Below, one piece after another: positions 55,947 through 64,000 of a DNA stretch of 64,000 bases; position 1 is the first letter of the stretch; each line of letters begins with the position of its first letter. The notes below the pieces were generated by a model, which searched no databases, was not told the origin of the DNA, and worked only from the letters and a program-made list of their open reading frames with translations. Made by a program: the position numbers and the translations under genes. Source of the stretch: an uncultured delta proteobacterium (lineage in GTDB: Bacteria > Myxococcota_A > Polyangia > Polyangiales > Polyangiaceae); NCBI GenBank assembly GCA_963841435.1, contig CAWJCS010000003.1:1184001-1248000 (forward strand), given 5' to 3'.

Positions 55947-57083
55947 TCACGCGCGCCGTTGGGCGCCCGCGAGCTTTTGTTGCTGTTCCTGCAGGTACTG
56001 CGCGACCGCGCGGGAGCGCTCGATCGCGAACTGCTTCACCTCGCGGTTCGACGAGCCCGCGAGAGCGTTCAAAAGGCGGGTGACCTTGTCGAGCTGGCGT
56101 TTCTGGAACAAGGCCTCGAAATAGTTGTTCGCGAGCCGTACGTCGTTCGCCATCTTGCTCTCGTGCTTCGAGAGCAGGGCGATGACGGCCTCGAGATCCC
56201 CCTTCTGGCCGTGCAGCGCGGAGAGCGAGATCAGGGCGAGCGGATCGTTCTCGTTGCGCTCGACCGCCTTGTTCGCAAATTCGATGGCGCGCTCACGCGT
56301 CGCCTCGTCGCCGGCGTAGAGGCCCTGCAGCGCGACGTAGGGCGCGGCCGAGCGCTGGTTCGCTTCCTTCGAGGCGAGGTCTTCCACGGCCTTGATGGCA
56401 AGATCCTCGGTCTCGGTGCGCCGCACGAACGAGTAGAGCGCCGCCCAGCCATCGACGCCGCCCGGCGCGAGGGTGATCGCCTTCTCGATGGCGCCGCGCT
56501 CCGATTCCTTGTCGCTCTTGCCCTCGTAGACCTTCGAGAGGTGAAGCAGGGGCAGCGGATTGTCCGGCAAGAGGTTCTGCGCGCCGCGCAGCGTGGCCTC
56601 CGCCTTTTCCCATTTGTCCTGGCGCAGCTGCGTCACGCCGAGCCCGAGCCAATCCTCCCCAGTGCCGCCGAGCGCGACGACCTTCGCGAGCACCTTCTCG
56701 GCCTGCTCGAAGCGCGAGTACTTCACGAGCTCCTGCGCGAGCAGGCGGCCGCGGTTGAGATCGGAGCTGTCGTCGGCCCAGTGCTTCTCGAGCCCCGAGA
56801 CCAGATCGTTCAGGCCAATCGCAATCGGACGGCCGTCGGCGTCCTGCACCTGGACGGCCGGGCCGTTGAAGCCGAGCTCCTTCCACATCTGGTCGATCTC
56901 GAGCGCGACGGGACCTTTCTTGATCGCAGTCGCGAGCTCGTCGCTCGGCTTGGAGAGTGGCAAAACCACGAGTGCGTTGCCGGGCACGCCTCCGGGGAAT
57001 GCGCTCACGGGGGCGACGATGGCGGCGCCGCCCTGGAGCTGGAGGTTCGGGGCGCGCTCGGGGAGAGGATTTTTCTGAGTCAT
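55947..57083 (-). CDS. TPR-repeat protein
   Basis: Multiple TPR-like helices; start ATG 57083. Confidence 0.8.
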   Translation of the reverse strand: MTQKNPLPERAPNLQLQGGAAIVAPVSAFPGGVPGNALVVLPLSKPSDELATAIKKGPVALEIDQMWKELGFNGPAVQVQDADGRPIAIGLNDLVSGLEKHWADDSSDLNRGRLLAQELVKYSRFEQAEKVLAKVVALGGTGEDWLGLGVTQLRQDKWEKAEATLRGAQNLLPDNPLPLLHLSKVYEGKSDKESERGAIEKAITLAPGGVDGWAALYSFVRRTETEDLAIKAVEDLASKEANQRSAAPYVALQGLYAGDEATRERAIEFANKAVERNENDPLALISLSALHGQKGDLEAVIALLSKHESKMANDVRLANNYFEALFQKRQLDKVTRLLNALAGSSNREVKQFAIERSRAVAQYLQEQQQKLAGAQRRA

Positions 57084-57271
57084 AGAACCAGTGGGTGACG
57101 CGGCGTGCGAGCTTTTCGCCCGCGCGGGTTCACCCGTAGTACGGCGTCTAGCAGCGCGTCCGGGGCCCGGCAATACTAGCTCACGAGGTGGCCGCTACAC
57201 CGCTCGAAATACTCCACACGCCGCCCGATGGCGGCATTCGACGCGCGACGCTATAGTTGATGCTGGTCAGC

Positions 57272-58297
57272 ATGGGCTACGTCGTTGCGGGAATTCTCGG
57301 GTTGGCGTTGCTCATGGTCGTGCACGAGGCCGGCCACCTCATCGCAGCGCGCGCCTTCGGCATGCGAGTGCAGCGCTTCAGCATCGGCTTCGGACCGCCA
57401 CTCTGGCGCTACCAAGCCAAGGGCAGCGAAACGATCTACCAGGTCGCGCTGATCCCGTTCCTCGCCTACGTTCAGATCGCGGGGATGAACCCCTTCGAGG
57501 AAGTCGACCCCGATGACAAGACCAGTTACGCGAACGCGTCACTGGTCGCGCGCATCTCGGCGATCGTCGCGGGGCCGCTCGCGAATTACCTCTTCGCGTC
57601 GGTCTTCTTTTTCGCGGCACTGATGATCGGCGGGCGCGGCGTCCCCACGACGAGCGTGCAGGTACTCGACGGGCCTGCCAAGGCCGCGCACCTCAAGGAC
57701 GGCGACAAGGTCGTCACCATCGACGGCAAGAAGGTCGAAGACTGGGAGGACCTGCGGCAGAAGGTGATGGCGAGCCCCAATCATCCGCTCGAGATCGGCG
57801 TCGTGCGCGAGGGTCGGAAGCTCGTCTTCCAGGTGACGCCGGCCATGAAGGAAGGTCGCGCGATGATCGGCGTGCAGACCCAGGAAAAGCGCGTCCCCGT
57901 CTCGTTTCGCGAGGCGACGATCGAGTCGTTGGTTTGGCCGGCGCGCGTGGTCGAGCAGCTCGTCGTGAGCCTCTCGCGCATCGTCACCGGCAAGGACAAG
58001 CCACAGCTCGCCGGACCGGTCGGCATCGTGAAGGAAACCTCGCGCGCCGCCGAAAAGAGCTGGACGGACTACCTCGCGTGGCTCGGCGTCCTCAGCGCAT
58101 ACCTCGGCGGTTTCAACCTCCTGCCGTTCCCGGCGCTCGACGGCGGTCGCCTCGCCTTCCTGAGCTACGAGGCCATCACGCGCCGCCGCCCCAACGCCCG
58201 CGTCGAGGCACGGGTGCACTTCTTCGGGCTCGTGATGCTGCTGGCGCTCATCGCGGTCGTCAGCGTTTTCGACGTCGCAGACATTCGCGGCAACTGA
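57272..58297 (+). CDS. rseP: Site-2 (M50) intramembrane metalloprotease with PDZ domain, RseP-like
   Basis: HEAGH, FSIGFG, AGPLAN, PDZ domain, NLLPFPALDGG. Confidence 0.9.
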   Translation: MGYVVAGILGLALLMVVHEAGHLIAARAFGMRVQRFSIGFGPPLWRYQAKGSETIYQVALIPFLAYVQIAGMNPFEEVDPDDKTSYANASLVARISAIVAGPLANYLFASVFFFAALMIGGRGVPTTSVQVLDGPAKAAHLKDGDKVVTIDGKKVEDWEDLRQKVMASPNHPLEIGVVREGRKLVFQVTPAMKEGRAMIGVQTQEKRVPVSFREATIESLVWPARVVEQLVVSLSRIVTGKDKPQLAGPVGIVKETSRAAEKSWTDYLAWLGVLSAYLGGFNLLPFPALDGGRLAFLSYEAITRRRPNARVEARVHFFGLVMLLALIAVVSVFDVADIRGN

Positions 58298-58330
58298 ACG
58301 CCCCCGCGAGGGCGCGTCGTCGAGAAGGTC

Positions 58331-58915
58331 CTAGCTCGGGGCGTCCGGCCCGGCGGGCTCCCACCAGAGCGACAAGTTGCGTTCCGGTTTTCGCGGCTCT
58401 GTCGCGTAGTGCGAGATGTCGTTGAACAGCATCAAGCGCGCGCGGAGCGGGCCCTTGAAGTCGAGCACGTTCAGGCAAGCGGGGGACTGCTCGAGCCGGT
58501 CTCGGTAGCCGCGCGGATCGATGCCGAGGAGGCTCGCCAGAACGAGCCGTAGCGTGGCCTTGTGCGAAATGACGAGCACCACGTCGTCCGGATGGGCCAG
58601 CACGATGTCGCGGATCACGGGTAGCGCACGCACGATCACGGCGGCTCCCGATTCGCCTCCCGCCGGCGCCACCGTGAACGGATCGGATTCCCAGGCGAGG
58701 TATTCGGCGGTGAAGCGCTGCTCGACCTCCGCCCGTTTGAGGCCCTCGAAGTGGCCGTGTCCGATCTCTCGCAAGCCGTCGCGCTTCTCCACCGCGAGAC
58801 CGTGCGGCCGCGCCAGGATTTCGGCCGTCTCGAGCGTGCGCGAGAGCGGGCTCGAGAACACCCGGCGGACGGGCTGACCGCCCAGACGCTCGGCAAGGGC
58901 TCGAACCTGCGCCCC
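58331..58915 (-). pseudogene. Histidine phosphatase family gene lacking its N-terminal RHG motif (5'-truncated)
   Basis: In-frame GAQVRALAERL..FSSPLSRT, LREIGHG, GGES, VISHK; no RHG and no start codon upstream of this helix. Confidence 0.7.
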
Positions 58916-58967
58916 GGGATTGTACCAGCTCGGCGGTCGATCCGCCGCGGCGTTGGCGCGACCGTCG

Positions 58968-59687
58968 TCAGCCGGGGGGCCGAGCGTGGCCTTCGCTCCC
59001 GTCCACCCGTCCGCCGCTGAGCGCCCAGGTGACGGCGCCGAGCTCGTGCGACAGCGCCGCGTCGTGCGTCACGATCACGAGCGTGAGCGGCGACACCCTG
59101 GCTTCCCCGTGCAGGCTCGTACCGCGTGCTACCCGCCTCATGAGCTCGCAAACGTCGCGCCGCAACGCCGGGTCGAGCGCGCTCGTGGGCTCGTCGAGCA
59201 GGAGCACTTTGGCGCCCTGGGCGAGCGCGCGCGCGATGGCGACACGCTGGCGCTGACCGCCGGAGAGCTCCGAGGGACGCGCCGCGGCGCGATCACCGAG
59301 CCCCACGAGCTCGAGCAGCGCGCGGGCGTCGCGCTCGGCCTCCGCCCGCGTCACGCGACGCACGACGCGGGGCGCGAGCGTGACGTTGTCGAGCGCCGAG
59401 AGGTGCGGAAAGAGGTGTAGCTCCTGGAACACCATGCCGACGGCGGCGCGCAGGCGCGTGAGCTCGTCCGCCGACGGCCCGGGGCCCGGCCCGAGCGTGA
59501 ACCCGGCCACGTCGATTTGCCCGTGATCGAACGGCTCGAGCCCGTTCAGACAGCGGAGCAGCGTCGATTTCCCCGATCCGGACGCGCCGACAACCGTCAC
59601 GATCGCGCCCTCGGGCGCCTCCGCGTCGACCCCCGCTAGGACGCTGCGCGCGCCGAACCTTTTATGCAAGTCGCGGATGCGAATCAT
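58968..59687 (-). CDS. Polar amino acid ABC transporter ATP-binding protein
   Basis: GASGSGKST, GMVFQ..LFPH, LSGGQRQRVAIARAL, LLDEPTSALD. Confidence 0.93.
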   Translation of the reverse strand: MIRIRDLHKRFGARSVLAGVDAEAPEGAIVTVVGASGSGKSTLLRCLNGLEPFDHGQIDVAGFTLGPGPGPSADELTRLRAAVGMVFQELHLFPHLSALDNVTLAPRVVRRVTRAEAERDARALLELVGLGDRAAARPSELSGGQRQRVAIARALAQGAKVLLLDEPTSALDPALRRDVCELMRRVARGTSLHGEARVSPLTLVIVTHDAALSHELGAVTWALSGGRVDGSEGHARPPG

Positions 59688-61191
59688 GCGTGAGGCTCCG
59701 TTCGAGTCGCAGCGAAAGGCGCGCAAGCGGGAAGCTCATGGCAAAGTAGAGCGCGGCGCACGCGAGACCGGGCACGACCCAGTCCCTGAGGTTGACGGCG
59801 GCGATCGTCATGCGTTTGGTGAGCTCCACCACGGTGATGACGCTGACGAGCGAGGAGTCCTTGAGCAGGGCCACGAAGTCGTTGGTGAGCGCCGGAAGCG
59901 CGATGCGAAGCGACTGTGGCAGGAGCACGTGGCGAAGCGACTGGAACGGGCCGAGCCCGAGCGAGCGCGCCGCCTCGGTCTGTCCACGCGGCAAGGCGAG
60001 CAGCGCGCCCCGGTGCACCTCCGCTTCGTACGCCGCATAGTTGAGGCCGAGCCCGAGGATCGCGGCCTCGAAGGGCCCGAGCCGGACGAGCGGCGCGAGG
60101 CCGTAGTAAAGGATGTAGAGCTGGAGGAGAACGGGCGTGCCGCGGAAGATCTCGACGTACGCGGCGGCCGCCCAGCGAATCAGACCCCCACCGTAGCTTC
60201 GCGCGATGGCGAGCGTGAGGCCGAAGGGCAGAGCGATGGCGAAGGCGCCGATCGAGAGCAAGAGCGTCACGAGCGCGCCCTTGAGGAACAGAAGCGCCTG
60301 CGCGAGGTCGAACGGTCGCGGCCCCGGCACCACCGCGACCGACGGCTCGGGCGCGGCGCTCGCGACGGCCGAAGGGCTCGCCGCGGAGGGAACGCTCTCG
60401 GGCTGCGATCGCGAGGGCAGCTCGTCCTGGCGTGCGTCCCACAGCTTGTAGCGAGTGAGGATCTTGCGAAGCTCGCCGTCGGCGATCATCGCGCCGAGCA
60501 GACGATCGATCTCTCGCTTGAGCTCCGGCTGGTCCTGGCGGATGCCGATGACATAGACGCCGCGCGCCACGTCCTCGGGCAAGCAGTGCACGCCTGGCAG
60601 CGGACAGCCGTAAAGGTCGGCGATGACGTTGTCGAGCAGCACGCCATCGACGCGCCCATGGGCGAGATCGAAGTACGGCTCCTGCTGGCCCTCGTAGAGC
60701 ACCACGGAGACCGGTCGCGCCTGCAGGATGTCGTGTGCCACCGTCTGGTTCATCGTCGCGACGCGATGCCCCGAGAGCTCGTCGAGCGACGAGACCTTCG
60801 ACCCCTTGCGCACCGCAAGCGTCTCTCCGTAGACGAAGTACGGAACGCTCAGCAGGATGCGCGCACGCCGGGCCGGGGTGTCTTCGAGGCCGTTGAGCGC
60901 GATGTCGAAATCACCGCGCTCCAGCGCCGGAACGAGGTTCGACCAGTCGTTCTGGGCGAAGCGAGCGCGCACGCCGAGGCGCCGCGCGAGAGCATCGGCG
61001 ATTTCCACCTCGAAACCGCGGATCTTTCCCGAGCCCGACTCGTCCTCGAAAACGTACGGCGCGCCGCCCTGCAAGTCGCCGCCCCAGGCGAGCTCCCCGC
61101 GCTGCTTCAGGGAAGCCACGGCATCCGCATGCGCCACGCGCGCCACCGTCAGCGACGCGAGGGCGATGACGACAAGAAGGAGGGCTCGCAT
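59662..61191 (-). CDS. Polar amino acid ABC transporter, fused substrate-binding + permease
   Basis: SBP family 3 motifs, then YVEIFRGTPVLLQL, EAARSLG, LLKDSSL. Confidence 0.92.
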   Translation of the reverse strand: MRALLLVVIALASLTVARVAHADAVASLKQRGELAWGGDLQGGAPYVFEDESGSGKIRGFEVEIADALARRLGVRARFAQNDWSNLVPALERGDFDIALNGLEDTPARRARILLSVPYFVYGETLAVRKGSKVSSLDELSGHRVATMNQTVAHDILQARPVSVVLYEGQQEPYFDLAHGRVDGVLLDNVIADLYGCPLPGVHCLPEDVARGVYVIGIRQDQPELKREIDRLLGAMIADGELRKILTRYKLWDARQDELPSRSQPESVPSAASPSAVASAAPEPSVAVVPGPRPFDLAQALLFLKGALVTLLLSIGAFAIALPFGLTLAIARSYGGGLIRWAAAAYVEIFRGTPVLLQLYILYYGLAPLVRLGPFEAAILGLGLNYAAYEAEVHRGALLALPRGQTEAARSLGLGPFQSLRHVLLPQSLRIALPALTNDFVALLKDSSLVSVITVVELTKRMTIAAVNLRDWVVPGLACAALYFAMSFPLARLSLRLERSLTHDSHPRLA

Positions 61192-61267
61192 GAATATCGA
61201 CCCGAACGCCGCTCGCCCGATTCTAACGCGCCCGGGAGCTTCCGTGCCGTGATAGATTCGCGGCCCG

Positions 61268-61906
61268 ATGAGCCGCCTCACGGCGTCGATCCTCTTGGGG
61301 CTTGCCCTCACCGGTGTTGCGTGTCGGCCCGAGCCCGTGCGCCTCGGCGAAGGGCCGCGCGAGTACGTGGCCACCGACTACTCGTCCGTCCTGCGTCAGT
61401 GGACCCGTAGCGCCCAGCTCACGAGCCTGGACGCCATGGACAACGTCCTCACGGTCACGGCGACCTACGAGTCCTGGGACTTTCGCTGGGCCTACGCCGT
61501 CCGCTACAGCGAGGACTACCGCCTCACCGTCGACCAGCGGCAGGCGCTGCTCGAACGGACGCTCGCCGAAACGCGCGATCGGCACCAATTTTACGTGGCG
61601 CTCTACGCCGAGAAGCACAAGTGGAACGACCTCACGGCCGAGCAGCCCGCCTGGATCGTGCGCCTCGTCGACGACGAAGGCACGGAAACCGCCCCCTCCG
61701 AGATCACGTCGATCCGTCGCCCCGGCGCGATCGAGCTCACCTACTTCCCCTACACGTCACCCTGGCGCAGTGCGTTCCGGATCTCGTTTCCGCGCATTCG
61801 CGCTGACGGGCGCCTCACGATCCCTCCTGATGCCCACTGGTTCGGCCTGCGTTTCGCGGGCCCCCAGGGCAACAAGGAGATCGTTTGGCTCATCGACCGC
61901 GGCTGA
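61268..61906 (+). CDS. Hypothetical lipoprotein
   Basis: Lipobox GVAC; -10-like TAGATT just upstream. Confidence 0.75.
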   Translation: MSRLTASILLGLALTGVACRPEPVRLGEGPREYVATDYSSVLRQWTRSAQLTSLDAMDNVLTVTATYESWDFRWAYAVRYSEDYRLTVDQRQALLERTLAETRDRHQFYVALYAEKHKWNDLTAEQPAWIVRLVDDEGTETAPSEITSIRRPGAIELTYFPYTSPWRSAFRISFPRIRADGRLTIPPDAHWFGLRFAGPQGNKEIVWLIDRG

Positions 61907-61987
61907 GCGGCCCGGTTCCTGCACTGGCTCCGCGCACGAGACCCGGCGTTCTGCGTCGCGCCCTGGGGCGCCGGCCAGCCCATCGTT

Positions 61988-63682
61988 TCAGGACGTAGCG
62001 AGGAGCTCGAGCAGCGGCGGCACGCTCACGAGCAGCTCGTGCGTCGCCATGCGATCAACGACGAGGAGCAGGGCGCCGTGCGCGCTCGCACGGACCGTCG
62101 CGGGGGCCTGGTCGTGGGACAGGACCGCCGAGGCGAATAGCAGATCCCCGACGGTGAGCTCGCCGCTCACGACACCGTCCCGCACGAGCTCCATGTGCCC
62201 CCCGCCCACGACGAACAGCCCTGGAACGGCCTCCCCCTGCTCGATGACCGTTTCGCCGGGCGCGAGATAACGCACCTCGGCGCGTTCGGTCACCATGGCC
62301 CGCATGCCGTCGTCGAGCCGCTCGCCGAGCGGCCCCATCGCCGAGCCAGCGAGGGCCTGGTAGCGATCGGCGACCGCGCGAAGCTCCTCGGCGACCCAGG
62401 GGCACGTCTCGAGCAGGTGCGCGAAATCCTCGGGCTGCCACACGGCGACTTCGGCGCCCTTCAACTCGGCCACGGCGCGGAGCGACACCCCTTCCGAGAG
62501 GTTGCCCTGCGAGAAGATGGGCTCGCCCTCGCGGGCGCGGCCGCAAACGCCCTCCGCGATCGTCGGCATCACGAGCACGCTGCCTCGAGTCACGAGCGCC
62601 AGCCCGAAGTCGCTGACCTCCTGGTCGGGACCGAGGGACTCGACACGCGCCTTCGCGGCGAGCTCCTTCTGGGTTTCGGTGGGCAGATCCTCGAGGCCGC
62701 GACAAGCCTCGAGCAGTGCGGGCTCGATACCGAGCGAGGCGGGCGGCGCGACGGACGGCTTGTCAATTTCCGGGGGAACGGACGGCGGAGCGGGCGGCGG
62801 CTCGCTCGCCACCGCCGCGGGGGCGGGCATCCCGAACAGCGGCGGCAAGTCGATCTTGGACGTGACGAGATCCGGATCGGGAGCATCGCCGTGCGGCGAG
62901 CTGGGAGGCAGGCCGAGCGCCGGCGACGTAGGCGGCTCCGAGCTCTGCGGCGGCGGCTCGGGCGCCACGATGCGCAGCTGCGGGCGGCCGCGCCGGCTCG
63001 AGGGGCGGGGCTCTTCGTCGGCTGTGGCCCCGCCCGAAGGCGGCTTGCTCGAGCGCGGCTCGGGCAGCGGCAAGCGTGGAATCGGCGGGGGCGGCAGCTT
63101 GAAGGGTTGCCCTTCGGGGGGACGGAGCGTCGCCATGTCGGGGGCATCGCTGTCGAACCGCGGTCGCTCGCGCTCCACCGGCTCCGGCGCCGGCTCGGGC
63201 TCTGCTGCGCCCCGGCCATCGTCGATGAAATCGACGTCGATGGCCTCGATATCCTCGACATCCTGGACGTCGGGGAGGTCCTCGATGTCCGTGTCGTCGA
63301 GCGGCTCTGAAAAATGCTGCGCGTCATGCGCTTCGGCCTCGATGGCATCGATGAGGCTCTGGGTGGGCGCCTCGAGGCGCACGGCCTCGATCGCCGGGGC
63401 GTCGCTCGCGAGCAGCGCATCGACGCCGTCGTCCTCGTCGGGGGCGGGCCCGACGGCACCCCGCTCGATCCACCCCTCGACGGCGCGGGCCCCCCGCTCG
63501 AGGTCGGCGGCGCGACCGAACTCGCCCGACTCCACGGCCGCTTGAGCCGCTCGCCGCAGCCACACCACCGCATCCGCGTGCCCGCCGCGCTCCCACTGGA
63601 CCAGTGCGGTCTGGAGCGCCCAGGCCACGTCGTCGTCGTCGTCGTCGAGCGCCTTGGGGAAGGCGGGCGGCTCCGCGCTCAT
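61988..63682 (-). CDS. Cyclic nucleotide-binding domain protein (two cNMP-like domains after an acidic/Pro-rich linker)
   Basis: PGETVIEQGE..GLFVV..G; APATVRA. Confidence 0.8.
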   Translation of the reverse strand: MSAEPPAFPKALDDDDDDVAWALQTALVQWERGGHADAVVWLRRAAQAAVESGEFGRAADLERGARAVEGWIERGAVGPAPDEDDGVDALLASDAPAIEAVRLEAPTQSLIDAIEAEAHDAQHFSEPLDDTDIEDLPDVQDVEDIEAIDVDFIDDGRGAAEPEPAPEPVERERPRFDSDAPDMATLRPPEGQPFKLPPPPIPRLPLPEPRSSKPPSGGATADEEPRPSSRRGRPQLRIVAPEPPPQSSEPPTSPALGLPPSSPHGDAPDPDLVTSKIDLPPLFGMPAPAAVASEPPPAPPSVPPEIDKPSVAPPASLGIEPALLEACRGLEDLPTETQKELAAKARVESLGPDQEVSDFGLALVTRGSVLVMPTIAEGVCGRAREGEPIFSQGNLSEGVSLRAVAELKGAEVAVWQPEDFAHLLETCPWVAEELRAVADRYQALAGSAMGPLGERLDDGMRAMVTERAEVRYLAPGETVIEQGEAVPGLFVVGGGHMELVRDGVVSGELTVGDLLFASAVLSHDQAPATVRASAHGALLLVVDRMATHELLVSVPPLLELLATS

Positions 63683-63735
63683 GGCCGGACGGGATCTAGC
63701 ACGGTCACCGGGACGGCTCCGCTAGAATTCGCCGC

Positions 63736-64000
63736 TCACGGCGGGGGAACGAGGACCTCTCGGTCCCGAGAGCCGTTTGGAGGTCCCACGAGGCCCCGTC
63801 GCTCCATCGTTTCCACGATCTTGGCGGCTCGATTGTAACCGATGGTCAGCTTGCGCTGCAGCCACGACGTGGAGCAGCGCTGCGTTTCGGCCACGATCCG
63901 CACGGCCTCGTCGAAGCGCGAGTCGAGCTCCTGCTCGTCGGCCGCGGCCGCGTCGTCGTCCTCGGACGCCTCGAGGATTGCCGCGTGGTACTCGGGCGCG
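63736..64000 (-). CDS. ftsK: FtsK DNA translocase, C-terminal gamma domain (partial, runs off the window)
   Basis: Manual translation: FDEAVRIVAETQRCSTSWLQRKLTIGYNRAAKIVETMERRGLVGPPNGSRDREVL; not in the ORF track. Confidence 0.93.
   Translation of the reverse strand, partial: APEYHAAILEASEDDDAAAADEQELDSRFDEAVRIVAETQRCSTSWLQRKLTIGYNRAAKIVETMERRGLVGPPNGSRDREVLVPPP

Noticed and set aside
1-64000. Prophage, IS, integron, retron or defence island
   Set aside because: No integrase, transposase, reverse transcriptase, phage structural or recognisable defence genes were seen, and no tRNA or rRNA was recognised.

Overview
A 64-kb window of GC-rich chromosomal DNA, most likely from a myxobacterium of the Polyangiaceae type. 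This is inferred from the Ser/Thr kinases, FHA/PilZ/PEGA proteins, a MYXO-CTERM protein with a beta-barrel partner, Gly-rich lipoproteins and multiple DsbA proteins. It holds about 50 CDS, including tsaD, zwf, recA, rseP and the 3' end of ftsK. I saw no tRNA, rRNA, CRISPR array, transposase or integrase. Main observations: (1) About 14 lipid-linked glycosylation genes in three modules plus one singleton (GT-C-type polytopic membrane proteins including a TMTC-like protein, two GT2 synthases, two flippase-like proteins, one epimerase). (2) A recurring sequence footprint at GTCGAC/TCGA and GAGATCTG sites: conserved Asp codons read as Asn, rare synonymous codons, and three 1-nt insertions that break or fuse genes. 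This suggests DNA base modification, showing up either as sequencing-consensus error or as real deamination. (3) A candidate unannotated rod-like structured RNA, with a G-quadruplex motif on the opposite strand, just downstream of recA. (4) Clear regulatory motifs: a LexA-like box inside the recA promoter, tandem 14-bp palindromes for a TetR, a palindrome in the promoter of a SprT-like gene, a sigma54 promoter with a candidate enhancer, and many leaderless-type starts. (5) Gene relics: a mosaic pseudogene and a 5'-truncated histidine phosphatase. All family calls come from motif recognition by eye, without database searches.
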